A DNA stretch of 63,967 nt, the filler included, from an uncultured bacterium (GTDB lineage Bacteria; CAYSBA01), in NCBI GenBank assembly GCA_964429075.1. It is 4 parts of 4 records of this genome, joined end to end, with 100 filler letters (N's around TTAATTAATTAA, not from the genome) between each part and the next. Parts side by side here need not be neighbours in the genome. Positions count along the whole stretch, not along the records: positions 20,149 to 37,180 come from CAYSBA010000002.1; positions 37,281 to 53,615 come from CAYSBA010000003.1; 2 more parts are not named here. One strand, written 5' to 3'. Positions 28,711-39,333 of this stretch are shown here, piece after piece. Both the position numbers and the translations under genes were made by a program. Position 1 is the stretch's first letter. Each line of letters starts with the position of its first letter. A model generated the notes under the pieces. It was given only the letters and a program-made list of their open reading frames with translations, did not search any database and had not been told where the DNA came from.

Positions 28711-30794
28711 TCTATTTCATACTAAATAATCTTATTCTTATTATCTCAATAGCACTTTTTTTAGTTGTTGAGAACAATCCAGAACTTTTTAAGAAAATAG
28801 ATCTATTTACACTTTTTATGGCATTTTTTATAACAGCAAATACAATTATTTCCTTTTTCAGGTGGTGGAAGAGGAATAGGGAGCATTATGATAAATTTAT
28901 GGACAGACTTTCACTGGCAGTTTCATTGCTCACTGTTTCTATAATGGTATTCAGGACCTTTGAGGGGCTCAATACCCTCCTTTATTTCTTTTATTTTTAT
29001 GCACTCTTCATCGGAATTACATTTGAATTTAAAGAGCTTCTGTTGATCTTGCCGATATTTCTAATCGTTCATGTGAGAGAATTGATATTATTTAATTATT
29101 CAACTCGATCACTTATCCTTTCCGTTATTGCAGATCCTATCTTTATGGGTCTTTCCTTCTTTGCCTATGGTCTATACTTTAAACATATAAGGGCAATAAC
29201 TCTTCAAGAAATCGAGGGTATAAAGGATGATTATACTGAAAGAGCAAAGAGATACAGATTGTTGTCTTATGAAGCTACAGAAGATGGAGACACATTTCAG
29301 ACTAAAGAGCGTCAGAAACTTGCAGAGGCTTCGTCTGTTCAATTTTTATCCTCCTACATAGAGTCTTTGTTCAGTATGATTAAGAAGGCTGCTCCCTTTG
29401 ATTCACTTGCACTCTATATGGCAGATGAGGATCTAAAGAGTGCTGTTTTGGCAGTTGCTCATGCAGAAAAAGGGCATCTTAAGAATCAGATAGTCTTAAA
29501 AGAGGGTGCACTTGCGAGTCTTATTAAACAGAAATCCACAATTATGTTAAAGAATGTACCTCAAAGTTATTCAAGTCTTAAATACTATAACGATACCCAT
29601 AGATTAAAGAATTTTGTAGCAACTCCTGTTTACAATTTAAACAGATTATGTGGAATCCTTATTGCAGACAATAACAGCAACAAGGAGTTTACAGAAAGAG
29701 AAAAATCTATAATAGAGATGTCTTCAAAACTTATATCTTCAGCAATAGAGCAGGAAACAAGGCTAAATCAGCTTCATTCAGCACTGTTAAAGAGCACTAC
29801 CTTTTTGAATGGTATTGAGGCACTTAATGCGTGTCTTGATACAAAAAGTGTCTATCTAACTATGTTTGAGTATGCAAGTCAGCTCGTTGAGTATGACCTT
29901 GCAACGATAAATCTGCTTGATGATGATGGTAAGAGTATGAAAATAGAAGCGGTCTCACATAGAGATTATGAGTATTTGATTGGTAGAGATATCCCTGAAA
30001 ATACAAGTCTTGTGTGGCTTGCTGTCAAGAATCAAAGTGATGTCCCCTACCGACAACCCTATGAGAAGGGAACAGCCTTCACCAATGTTTTTGGTGAAGA
30101 TATAGAGATAAATGGAGTTGTCTCTTTAAAGATATTTCCGCTGATAGTCTCAAAGAGGACAATCGGAACATTTGCCATTATCTCAACTAAAAAACATGTC
30201 TTTACCCCGAGGGTAACCCACATGCTCGATGTTATGACCGGACATTGTGCCATAGCTATAGATAATGCAAAGATCTATGTTAAGATGAGGGATATGGCAA
30301 TCACAGATGGTCTTACCGGTCTTTACAATCATAGAAAATTTCAGGAAGAGCTTGATAGAATGTTATACGATGCCAACCGCTACGGCAACAAACTTGCTCT
30401 CATCCTGTGTGATATAGATCACTTCAAGAGTATAAACGATACATATGGACATAAAACAGGAGACATGGTGCTAAAGGAGGTCTCCAAGGTTATGCAGAAG
30501 GTTGCAAGGAAGACAGACATCGTTGCAAGGTATGGTGGAGAGGAGTTTGTAATCGTACTTTTTGGTTCTGATGCAATGGGTGGATTTAATCATGCAGAAA
30601 GGATAAGAAAGATGATAGAATCTATAGAATTCAAATGCAATCTCGGGAAATTTAAATGTACAATGTCTTTTGGTGTTGCAGGATTCCCTGAAGATGCTGA
30701 AAAGAAAGAGGACCTCATTGAGTTTGCCGATAAGGCACTATATTATGCGAAGAATCATGGCAGGAATCAGGTAGTTCTTTTCAGAGATATATGA
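28707..30794 (+). CDS. Membrane-bound GAF-GAF-GGDEF diguanylate cyclase (DmxA-like)
   Basis: About 5-6 N-terminal TM helices, two GAF domains, DGLTGLYN, DIDHFK, RKTD I-site, GGEEF. Confidence 0.9.
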   Translation: MIYFILNNLILIISIALFLVVENNPELFKKIDLFTLFMAFFITANTIISFFRWWKRNREHYDKFMDRLSLAVSLLTVSIMVFRTFEGLNTLLYFFYFYALFIGITFEFKELLLILPIFLIVHVRELILFNYSTRSLILSVIADPIFMGLSFFAYGLYFKHIRAITLQEIEGIKDDYTERAKRYRLLSYEATEDGDTFQTKERQKLAEASSVQFLSSYIESLFSMIKKAAPFDSLALYMADEDLKSAVLAVAHAEKGHLKNQIVLKEGALASLIKQKSTIMLKNVPQSYSSLKYYNDTHRLKNFVATPVYNLNRLCGILIADNNSNKEFTEREKSIIEMSSKLISSAIEQETRLNQLHSALLKSTTFLNGIEALNACLDTKSVYLTMFEYASQLVEYDLATINLLDDDGKSMKIEAVSHRDYEYLIGRDIPENTSLVWLAVKNQSDVPYRQPYEKGTAFTNVFGEDIEINGVVSLKIFPLIVSKRTIGTFAIISTKKHVFTPRVTHMLDVMTGHCAIAIDNAKIYVKMRDMAITDGLTGLYNHRKFQEELDRMLYDANRYGNKLALILCDIDHFKSINDTYGHKTGDMVLKEVSKVMQKVARKTDIVARYGGEEFVIVLFGSDAMGGFNHAERIRKMIESIEFKCNLGKFKCTMSFGVAGFPEDAEKKEDLIEFADKALYYAKNHGRNQVVLFRDI

Positions 30795-33668
30795 GCTATT
30801 TTGTTGCAGATCTTCATGTTCACTCTCCCTATTCTCGTGCCACAAGTAAGAGGATGGATTTTGAAACTATGTCTCTGGTATGTAGTAACAAGGGTATTGA
30901 TCTTGTGGGAACAGCAGATGCAATACACCCTTGTCGCCTTAAAGAGATAAAAGAGGAATTGATCGATGATGGTAGCGGTATTCTGAGACTGAAGAAAAGG
31001 GCCTCATCTGTTGGATTTGTACTTACCACAGAGATAAGCTGTATCTATAAAAAGGGTCCAAAGACCAGAAAGATTCACATTCTGCTCCTTATCCCATCGA
31101 TAGATGATGCAGAGAGACTCTCAAATACTATAGGAGCGGTTGGCAACATAGTATCAGATGGTCGTCCAATATTAGGTTTGGATGTAAGGGATCTTGCAGA
31201 GATAATATTCGAGACATCAAATGACACAGTACTGATACCTGCCCATATCTGGACGCCATGGTTTTCTCTATTTGGTTCTAAAAGTGGATTTGATACTATT
31301 GAGGAATGCTTTGAAGACCTTACTGAAAATATTAGATGTCTTGAAACAGGTCTCTCCTCAGATCCACCAATGAACTGGATGGTTTCTGCACTCGATAACT
31401 ATATCCTTGTTTCCAATTCAGATGCACATTCCCCGGAGGCACTTGGGAGAGAGGCAAATCTTTTTGAGACTAAAATAGAAGGCTTTTCACAACTAAAGTA
31501 TATGTTGGAGACAGGTAATGGTCTATGGGGCACTGTTGAGTTCTTTCCACAGGAGGGGAAATACCACTATGATGGCCATAGAAGATGTGGTGTATGTCTA
31601 TCGCCAGAAGAGACAATAAGGCACAGAAATATCTGTCCTGAATGTGGTAAAAAACTAACACTCGGGGTCATGTACAGGGTCTTTGAACTTTCTGATAGAG
31701 ACTACGGTTTTACGCCAACCTCGGGCAAATCCTTTAAAAGACTTGTACCACTTAAACAGATAATTGCAGAGTGTATCGGTGTAAAATCTATAGGTTCTAA
31801 AAAGATAGATGTTATATACAAAAGGATATTAAAAGAGTTTGGTACCGAGCTGGACGTACTGCTTAATGTTTCTATCAAAGAACTAGATACATTCGATCCC
31901 ATCCTTGCCATTGCAATAGAGAGGATGAGAGCTGAAAAGATATTTATACGGCCTGGCTTTGATGGTGAGTTTGGTATTGTAAGGATCTTTGAACCTGGAG
32001 AACAAAAGAGGCTTCTCGGGCAAACAACTCTTGTGGGTCTGCAAGAAGAGGAAAAAAGAGATGGCATTTTTGTCCTCAGGCCTGTTGAGAGGCCCCAGGT
32101 TGCCAAAGATAAAATGGATGTAGCTAAAGAAGATATATTGAATCTTTCTGACAGCCAGAAAGAGGCGGTCTTTGCTAAAGATAGGTATCTGGCAATAGTT
32201 GCAGGCCCAGGGACAGGCAAAACAACCACATTGACAGATAGGATAATCAATACTCTCAATCAGGGTACTTCTGATCCTCTAAGAATTCTTTGTATAACCT
32301 TTACTGTCCATGCCCAGAAGGAGATGGAACAGCGTTTAAAAGAGAGACTAAACAGAGGGAGATTACCGCAGATTTTTACATTTCACGGGTTTTGTTACAG
32401 TTTGATCGTTAAAGATTATCACGGATTTGGATTTAAAAAAGAGCCAAAGATAGTAGTTGGAGCACNNNNNNNNNNCAATTAAAAAAGAATTTAAAAAAAA
32501 AAAGGATATAAATCTAAGCTTTGATGACTTTTTACAAAAGCAATCTTTATTGACCTTTGATGATCTACTGGTACTTGTGGTTAAAAGAGCAAGAAATGAT
32601 CTTTTTTTTAGAGAAGGATTGTCATGCTCTTTTGATCATATCTTTGTGGATGAATTTCAGGATCTTGATGAGAATCAGCTTGATCTTCTATTTATCCTTC
32701 TTGAAAAGGGAGCCTGTTTAACTGTTATAGGCGATCCCTATCAGTCTATCTATTCTTTTAGAGGCTCATTACCAGATAGTTTTGAAAGACTGAATGAGAG
32801 GTTCAGTGAGCTTAACCTATTGGAGCTTAAAGATAATTTCCGTTCTGCTGCAGTAATTGTAAAATCTTCTAACAGACTTTTTAATAGAAAGCTTGTCTCC
32901 TTGAGAGAGGGTGGAGAGATATTGCATGTAGTATCAAAAAGTTCATACCTTAAGAGTTTTGTTGTGCAAAAGATAAAGAGATTGATTGGTGCAACAAGTG
33001 GCATGGAAGAGGGGGACCTGCAGGATCAAAAAGAGACTATACCACCATCACAAATAGCAATCATAGCAAGGACAAAACGTGAGCTTTTAGATTTTCAATC
33101 AAAACTGCAATCAGAAGGAATACCTGCAATCGGACTCGACCATAAGGGATTTCTTGAAGGAACTGAATTCTTAAATTTTTATGAAAAGGTAAAGGACCTT
33201 GATCATCTGGCAGCTGAAGAGATTTACACCATTGCAAAGTCATGTGGTCTTTCAGAAAGATGGTCAAATCTGCTTTCGTTATCTTACAGATTGAGTAAGC
33301 TGGATCTTAAAGAGTGGTTAGAGACATTGATATTTTCTCGTAGTGTTGATCTCGGACTTTTTGATATATCGGGTGTCAGACTGATTACTGCTCATGCATC
33401 AAAGGGCCTTGAATTTCATACAGTATTTGTCTTGAACTGTAATGAAGGTTATTTCCCAATAAAAGATGTGGATCTGGTAGAAGAAAAAAGACTTTTTTAT
33501 GTTGCCATAACAAGAGCCAAGGAAAAACTATATCTTCTATCTCAAAAAAACATAACCGTATCGCCTTTTATTGAAGAGCTTGGTAATATAAAAAGAATAA
33601 CGGAGATAGAATTTTTAAAAAGATCAAAAAATGCAAATAGACAACTCAGCCTCTTCACATATGAGTAG
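30791..33668 (+). CDS. Endonuclease Q (PHP + zinc finger)-UvrD/PcrA helicase fusion, interrupted by a 10-N gap
   Basis: DLHVHSPYS, HIWTP, SNSDAHS, GKYHYDGHRRC, CPECG, PGFDGEFG; then helicase motifs AGPGTGKT, TFHGF, DEFQD, GDPYQSIYSFRG, NFRS, TAHASKGLEF, EEKRLFYVAITRAK. The frame change coincides with the Ns at 32466-32475. Confidence 0.88.
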
Positions 33669-33719
33669 TTGTAGATATGATATCTTGTATAAACCTATAC
33701 CCTCTGATATAATTGATGC

Positions 33720-35516
33720 ATGAGCTGGGCACGACTTAAAAGGGGGCCCTTTAGTGGGTTAACATCTTTGGTCCAGTTTACACTTGGGGTGTTAGGCTGG
33801 ATACTTTTAATTACGTTTACATTGAAGGGAAATAGCAACTTTTTGAGCTCACAGAATCTGGATATACAGAAGGTCTTGATGTTTATCCTTGCTGGATTCG
33901 CAGCAGGATTATTTAGCTTTAAGTTGTACGGTAAGATACAGCTGAGTATGGATGCTGCCATCTTTGTATGTGCTATGTTTGTCCTTGGCGTTATCGGTGC
34001 CTCCTGGGTAATGGCTATTACTTATTCTATTAATAATATTAAAAGGACAATTGTAAGAGAATTCTTTCAAAAGAAGGAGAGCTGGCCACTTGGTTATATC
34101 TTTACAAGATTTATTTTCTCTGGTGGAGGGCTTGCACTTACAGCCATTCTCACAGGTTCATTGTTTCGGCTGGATTACCTGAACAAGCCAGATATGTTGA
34201 CCTATCTTTTGATTGTACCCCTTGTGTTTCTAACCACAATGGTGATCCACTATAGTATGATGATCCTAATCCTATGGGGTGAGGGGATGAGGGTAGAAGA
34301 TATTGTAAGAAATCTGGTTATTAAGGGCATTACCTTTGAGTCTCTCTTTATCCCGCTAAGTGTCTTGCTTGTTATGGTATACACAAAGGGAGATGTTGTA
34401 TCCTTTCTACTACTTGTGGTTGTGTGTCTGATATTTTCATACATATTTCGTGATCTTAACAGAGTGGGTGAAAAGCTTGCTCAGAGAGTAAAGTATCTCA
34501 CAGTGATAAATAGTGTTGTCCAGGCCATATCCTCAACCCTGGAACTTTCAGAACTTCTACCCAAAATCGCAAAAGAGCTTATAAGACTCATAGGGGAGGA
34601 TTGTGTATGTACAATAGCATTAAAACAGGACAGAGGTGATACGGTAAATTACTTTGATTATAATAAAGATGGTGATCTTATTGGTATAGCGTCTGGTGAA
34701 GTAGGAACAGGTCTGATTGGGTGGATCATCCTCAACAATTCCACTCTGGTTTTGAATGATCTTCAGAGTGAGTTCAGGAGATATCTTGAAAAGGATGAAT
34801 ACATAGAACCTGAGTACAACTCTTGGCTTGGTCTTGCACTTTCGGTCTATGATGAGGCAAGAGGTGCTATTGTAATACAGAGTAAAAAGAAGCATCGTTT
34901 TGATAAAGACACAATCTCAGTTATTGAAGCAGTTGCAGGTCAGTGTGCTATTGCAATTGAAAACGCACGATTGTATGAAAAGGCCACTGTGGATGGACTT
35001 ACATCACTCTTTGCAAGGAGTTTCTTTGAACAACGCATTGTAGAAGAGTTAAAGAGATGTAAACGATACAAAAAGACCTTCTCCTTTATCATTTTTGATC
35101 TTGATGATTTTAAAAAGATTAACGACACCTATGGACATCAGGCCGGTGATAAGGTTTTGAGAGAGACATCTGGTTTGATAAAGGGTCTCTTAAGAGAGAT
35201 AGACATTCCTGCTCGTTATGGAGGCGAAGAGATAGCTGTTATTCTCCCTGAATGTAGGATAGATGATGCAATGGCAGTAGCAGAAAGGATAAGGAGTGCC
35301 ATAGACAGACACACCATAATTCTTGAAGATGGGACAAATCTACATGTTACAATCTCCGGTGGTGTATCAAATTATCCATTATGTGGTGAAAAGGCCATGG
35401 TTTCTGATATAGTTGAAAAGGCAGACATGGCGTTGTATAAAGCAAAGTCAATGGGTAAAAATCGTGTATTGAGCGCACACTCAAAGGTAGAAATAGAAAG
35501 TGGAGCATACAGCTGA
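33720..35516 (+). CDS. Membrane-sensor GAF-GGDEF diguanylate cyclase
   Basis: About 7-8 TM helices, GAF domain (IAIENARLY), DGLT, DLDDFK, REID I-site, GGEEI. Confidence 0.88.
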   Translation: MSWARLKRGPFSGLTSLVQFTLGVLGWILLITFTLKGNSNFLSSQNLDIQKVLMFILAGFAAGLFSFKLYGKIQLSMDAAIFVCAMFVLGVIGASWVMAITYSINNIKRTIVREFFQKKESWPLGYIFTRFIFSGGGLALTAILTGSLFRLDYLNKPDMLTYLLIVPLVFLTTMVIHYSMMILILWGEGMRVEDIVRNLVIKGITFESLFIPLSVLLVMVYTKGDVVSFLLLVVVCLIFSYIFRDLNRVGEKLAQRVKYLTVINSVVQAISSTLELSELLPKIAKELIRLIGEDCVCTIALKQDRGDTVNYFDYNKDGDLIGIASGEVGTGLIGWIILNNSTLVLNDLQSEFRRYLEKDEYIEPEYNSWLGLALSVYDEARGAIVIQSKKKHRFDKDTISVIEAVAGQCAIAIENARLYEKATVDGLTSLFARSFFEQRIVEELKRCKRYKKTFSFIIFDLDDFKKINDTYGHQAGDKVLRETSGLIKGLLREIDIPARYGGEEIAVILPECRIDDAMAVAERIRSAIDRHTIILEDGTNLHVTISGGVSNYPLCGEKAMVSDIVEKADMALYKAKSMGKNRVLSAHSKVEIESGAYS

Positions 35517-36272
35517 GTGAAGGTATTGACAAAGATAGATTCAGTTGTTGAAGATAACAGGAAGGTATCAAAAGATACCCATGTTCTTGAGATAAGAATG
35601 GAGCTTGAAAGTACTCCTTCCCCAGGGCAGTATGTTCTTGTTTATCCCTCTCAAGATTTTCTTCTCCCAAGACCCTTCAGTATCTATCAGTATGATAAAG
35701 ATAGAAAAAGTCTATCTCTGTTAATCAGGAAAGTGGGCAGGGCCAGCAGGTATCTATCCGATCTGAGGGCTGGCGATTCGATATGTCTTACAACACCAAT
35801 GGGCAACTCATTTATGATGCCAGAAGGGAAAAGGGTCCTGCTTGTTGCCGGCGGGGTTGGGATTGCGCCCCTGGCATTCTATAAACAGAGATTTCCTGAT
35901 GCCACCCTGGTCTATGGAGAGAGATCAAGATCGTATATAGTGATAGAGTGTATTAGCAAATGTTACATCTATACAACCGATGATGGAACTGCTGGATACA
36001 GGGGGAGTTGTGTGGATGCGGCAGCAGAATTGTTAAAGAGTGAGACTTTTGATGTAATCCTTGCATGTGGTCCTTCCCCGATGCTTGAAGGGCTCTATAA
36101 AAGGACACGAAAAGCAGTAAAGAGGGCCTTTTTTTCTGTTGAAGAGGTAATGGGGTGTGGTATGGGAGTTTGTCTGTCCTGTATGGTGGATACAAAGGAA
36201 GGTCAAAAATATATTTGTAAAGAAGGACCTGTTTTTGATGCGGATATACTATACGGAGACGACCTGTGTTGA
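35517..36272 (+). CDS. pyrK: Dihydroorotate dehydrogenase electron transfer subunit
   Basis: PGQY, RPFSI, AGGVGIAP, ACGP, CGMGVCLSC...C [2Fe-2S] motif. Confidence 0.92.
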   Translation: MKVLTKIDSVVEDNRKVSKDTHVLEIRMELESTPSPGQYVLVYPSQDFLLPRPFSIYQYDKDRKSLSLLIRKVGRASRYLSDLRAGDSICLTTPMGNSFMMPEGKRVLLVAGGVGIAPLAFYKQRFPDATLVYGERSRSYIVIECISKCYIYTTDDGTAGYRGSCVDAAAELLKSETFDVILACGPSPMLEGLYKRTRKAVKRAFFSVEEVMGCGMGVCLSCMVDTKEGQKYICKEGPVFDADILYGDDLC

Positions 36273-37180
36273 TTGTTGATCTTTCTGTAGAGCTGTTTGG
36301 TCTGAATTTTAAAACTCCCCTTTTTGTAGCCTCCGGGACTTTTGGTTATGGTACAGAGTTTTTACAGACAACAGACTACAGATACATCGGTGCAATTGTA
36401 ACAAAGGGACTTTCAATTAGACCGAAAAGAGGCAACAGAGTACCGAGACTGAAAGAGCTACCTTTTGGATTGATCAATTCTATTGGGCTTGAAAATATCG
36501 GAGTAGAGGCCTTTATTAAAGATAAGTTACCGGAACTGGAAGATGTAGATTCTAATATTGTATGCAACATCTTTGGATTTTCAATACAGGAATATGTTGA
36601 GGTGGCCAAGATCCTTAATTCACAAAAGAGGGTTGATGCTATAGAACTTAATGTCTCCTGTCCAAACATAGAGGGTGGAGGTATAGAATTTTCCTCAGAT
36701 AGAAATCTGTTATGTAAATTAACCGAGAGTGTTAAGAAACAGATAAATAAGCCACTCTTTGTAAAACTACCCCCTGTTCTTGCCGGGCTGAAGGAGACCC
36801 TTCTGGTGTTGAAGGAATCCGGTGCGGATGCTGTTACTCTATCGAACACAATCCCTGCTATGGCTGTAGACCCTGTCACATTGAGGCCTGCGGTAGGTAA
36901 TATCGTTGGTGGATTGTCTGGTCCTGCGCTAAAACCGATATCGTTGCGTTGTGTGTATGAGGCAGCTAATGTTGGGGTATTGCCTGTTATAGCATCCGGA
37001 GGGATAATGAGTGGAAAAGATGCGGCTGAGTATATTGTTTGTGGAGCCGATCTTTTTTCTGTTGGAACAGCAATCTTTTCAGATCCTCAGGCCCCGGAGA
37101 GGATAATAAGGGAACTTGCAGAGCTTATGACAAAGATAGATATATTGGATATAAAGGACTTAAAAGGGGCATTTATAAAG
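36266..37180 (+). CDS. pyrD: Dihydroorotate dehydrogenase 1B catalytic subunit (runs into contig end)
   Basis: ASGTFGYG, NSIGLEN, LNVSCPN, VKL, GGLSGPALKP. Confidence 0.95.
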
Positions 37181-37280
37181 NNNNNNNNNNNNNNNNNNNN
37201 NNNNNNNNNNNNNNNNNNNNNNNNTTAATTAATTAANNNNNNNNNNNNNNNNNNNNNNNNNNNNNNNNNNNNNNNNNNNN
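37181..37280. other. Artificial contig-joining spacer
   Basis: N44-TTAATTAATTAA-N44. Confidence 0.97.
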
Positions 37281-37281
37281 G

Positions 37282-37389
37282 AACAGACTCATCGAGGTAT
37301 TCAGTCATGTTACAATGAAAGACCTTGTAGACTGTGAAATAAAAAAAACAAACCTTTTAGTAAAAGACAGACAAAGCAAAGAGACCTGA
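37282..37389 (+). CDS. 3' fragment of a CDS, possibly an Rrf2-family regulator
   Basis: Open from the contig edge: NRLIEVFSHVTMKDLVDCE..., which resembles the C-terminal T(L/M)xDL helix of Rrf2 proteins. Confidence 0.35.
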   Translation, partial: NRLIEVFSHVTMKDLVDCEIKKTNLLVKDRQSKET

Positions 37390-37416
37390 AGAATCAGAGA
37401 TACCGGTGGAGCTGTT

Positions 37417-38793
37417 TTGCTTAGAACGATCATACAGTTCAAGAAGGTAATTATACTTGCCGTTGCACTTTCGATTTTTCTCTACATCTTGACCATGAAG
37501 ACCCCTGATGGCCTCAGTGTTGCAGGCAAGAAATCCCTTGCAATTTCTGTACTTGTCATAATCTTCTGGGCATTTGAAATCATCCCAATTTCAATAACAG
37601 GGCTCCTTGCTATTGTGCTTTTCCCTGCCCTTGGCATATTTAAGAAAAAGGTGGCATTTTCATTCTTTGGCAACAGTGCTGTTTTTTTTATACTTGGTGC
37701 ATTTATATTATCCTCTTCTCTGGTCAGAACAGGTCTTGCAAGACGGATTGGTCTTTACATATTACACAGGTTCGGAAGATCTCAACATTCGCTTCTGATT
37801 GTTATGCTTTTGTTGCCTGCAACAATGTCGCTCTTTATTACAGAGCATGCTGTTGCAGCCATTATGTTACCTGTAGTGCTTGAGATTACATCTGCTATCG
37901 GTCTTATAGCTGGTGATTCTGGATATGCAAAAAGGCTATTTCTGGCAACCGGCTGGGGTTGTGTGATTGGCGGGATAGGAACACTCCTTGGGGGCGCAAG
38001 GGGACCTCTTGCATCAGGTATAATGGAAGGCATAACCGGTACGGGGATAGGATTTTTGCAGTGGTCAAAGGTGGGGATACCGATCGCCCTTTTTATGTTA
38101 ATCTCGGCACTTTTTATCCTGTATGTCTTTTATCCAGCTGAAAATATAGATATAGAAAAAGCAGCAAGACAGATAAAAAAGGAATTAAAATCGATGGGAA
38201 GATTTACCTTTGAAGAGATAAAAACAGGAATATTGATGCTAATCACACTTTTTTGCTGGATATTTCTTGGTGACCGCATTGGCCTTGCTATTATAGCTTT
38301 AAGTTCAGTTGTAATTGCTTTTATACTCGGTATCCTTGACTGGAGGGAGGTGGAAGAGGATGTGAATTGGGGAATCTTTTTGATGTATGGAGGAGCAATA
38401 ACCCTGGGGCATGGTCTTACAGCAACAAATGCTGCCTCCTGGCTTGTAAATCAGACAATGATTTCAAATCTACATGACCCATTCCATTTTACAATTATAA
38501 CAGTAACTCTCACACTCTTTCTCACAGAAATAATGAGCAACTCTGCAGTGGTTACTATATTGACTCCCATTGCAATATCCATAGGTTCTCAGGTTGGGCT
38601 CTCAGCACTTGATGCCACCCTGATAGTTGCAGTGCCATCAGGACTTGCATTCAGTATGCCTATCTCAACACCGGCAATTGCGCTCATACACTCAACCGGT
38701 TTTGTAAGAATAAGAGATACACTCAAGGGTGGCATAGTATTGAGTCTTTTAGCTATAGTATACATGTATGTAGTAAAATTGATACTACTTTGA
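37417..38793 (+). CDS. DASS/SLC13 sodium-coupled anion symporter
   Basis: About 12 TM helices; ITEHAVAAIMLP, IGGIGTLLGGAR, LTEIMSNSA, PISTPA. Confidence 0.9.
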   Translation: MLRTIIQFKKVIILAVALSIFLYILTMKTPDGLSVAGKKSLAISVLVIIFWAFEIIPISITGLLAIVLFPALGIFKKKVAFSFFGNSAVFFILGAFILSSSLVRTGLARRIGLYILHRFGRSQHSLLIVMLLLPATMSLFITEHAVAAIMLPVVLEITSAIGLIAGDSGYAKRLFLATGWGCVIGGIGTLLGGARGPLASGIMEGITGTGIGFLQWSKVGIPIALFMLISALFILYVFYPAENIDIEKAARQIKKELKSMGRFTFEEIKTGILMLITLFCWIFLGDRIGLAIIALSSVVIAFILGILDWREVEEDVNWGIFLMYGGAITLGHGLTATNAASWLVNQTMISNLHDPFHFTIITVTLTLFLTEIMSNSAVVTILTPIAISIGSQVGLSALDATLIVAVPSGLAFSMPISTPAIALIHSTGFVRIRDTLKGGIVLSLLAIVYMYVVKLILL

Positions 38794-39333
38794 TCAGTCG
38801 AAATTAATCGAAGTCAGCTCTATAAGTAGTGTATATGCCCCTTCCCTAAGTTCTATCCGTGATGGATAGGGGAAATCTGATTCTTTGAAAAAATGTAATC
38901 TGCCATAGGATACGCCCTTTGCCTGCAAAAAGAATATCCTGCAGAATCTTAATGGATCAATGACAATATAGGAGTCTTCTATACCCAGCCTGACCTTATT
39001 ACCATAGGGTATGTGTCTTTTCTCTTGTGAAGTATCTATTGTCAGCCCAGAGCTATCAAACCTCAAAAAGAGCAGATTTTCACCAAAAAAAGAAAGGACC
39101 TGTACCTTAAAACTACAGCCTTTTGATATTACTCCCTCGATTACGAGGACCTTTTTCGTACCACTTTTATTTTCTATCCTCAGTTTACCTTCGAAGATAA
39201 TCCGATTTTTTTTGTATAACTCTTTTGCAATATTATCCCTTTTGTATTTCAGATCTCCATATGTGGTTGTCACACAGGATGCGATTGATATGAAAACAAT
39301 AGAGACTATTAAAGGGTATTTAACATAGTTCAA
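38794..39333 (-). CDS. Putative lipoprotein, LolB/DUF4292-like beta fold
   Basis: Lipobox-like SIASC; beta-rich body with VLSFFGENL and YPSRIEL; start uncertain (TTG). Confidence 0.45.
   Translation of the reverse strand: MNYVKYPLIVSIVFISIASCVTTTYGDLKYKRDNIAKELYKKNRIIFEGKLRIENKSGTKKVLVIEGVISKGCSFKVQVLSFFGENLLFLRFDSSGLTIDTSQEKRHIPYGNKVRLGIEDSYIVIDPLRFCRIFFLQAKGVSYGRLHFFKESDFPYPSRIELREGAYTLLIELTSINFD

Noticed and set aside
32457..32482. Apparent frameshift or split in the EndoQ-UvrD gene
   Set aside because: It coincides with a 10-N scaffold gap of unknown true length, and the helicase motifs continue in order on both sides.
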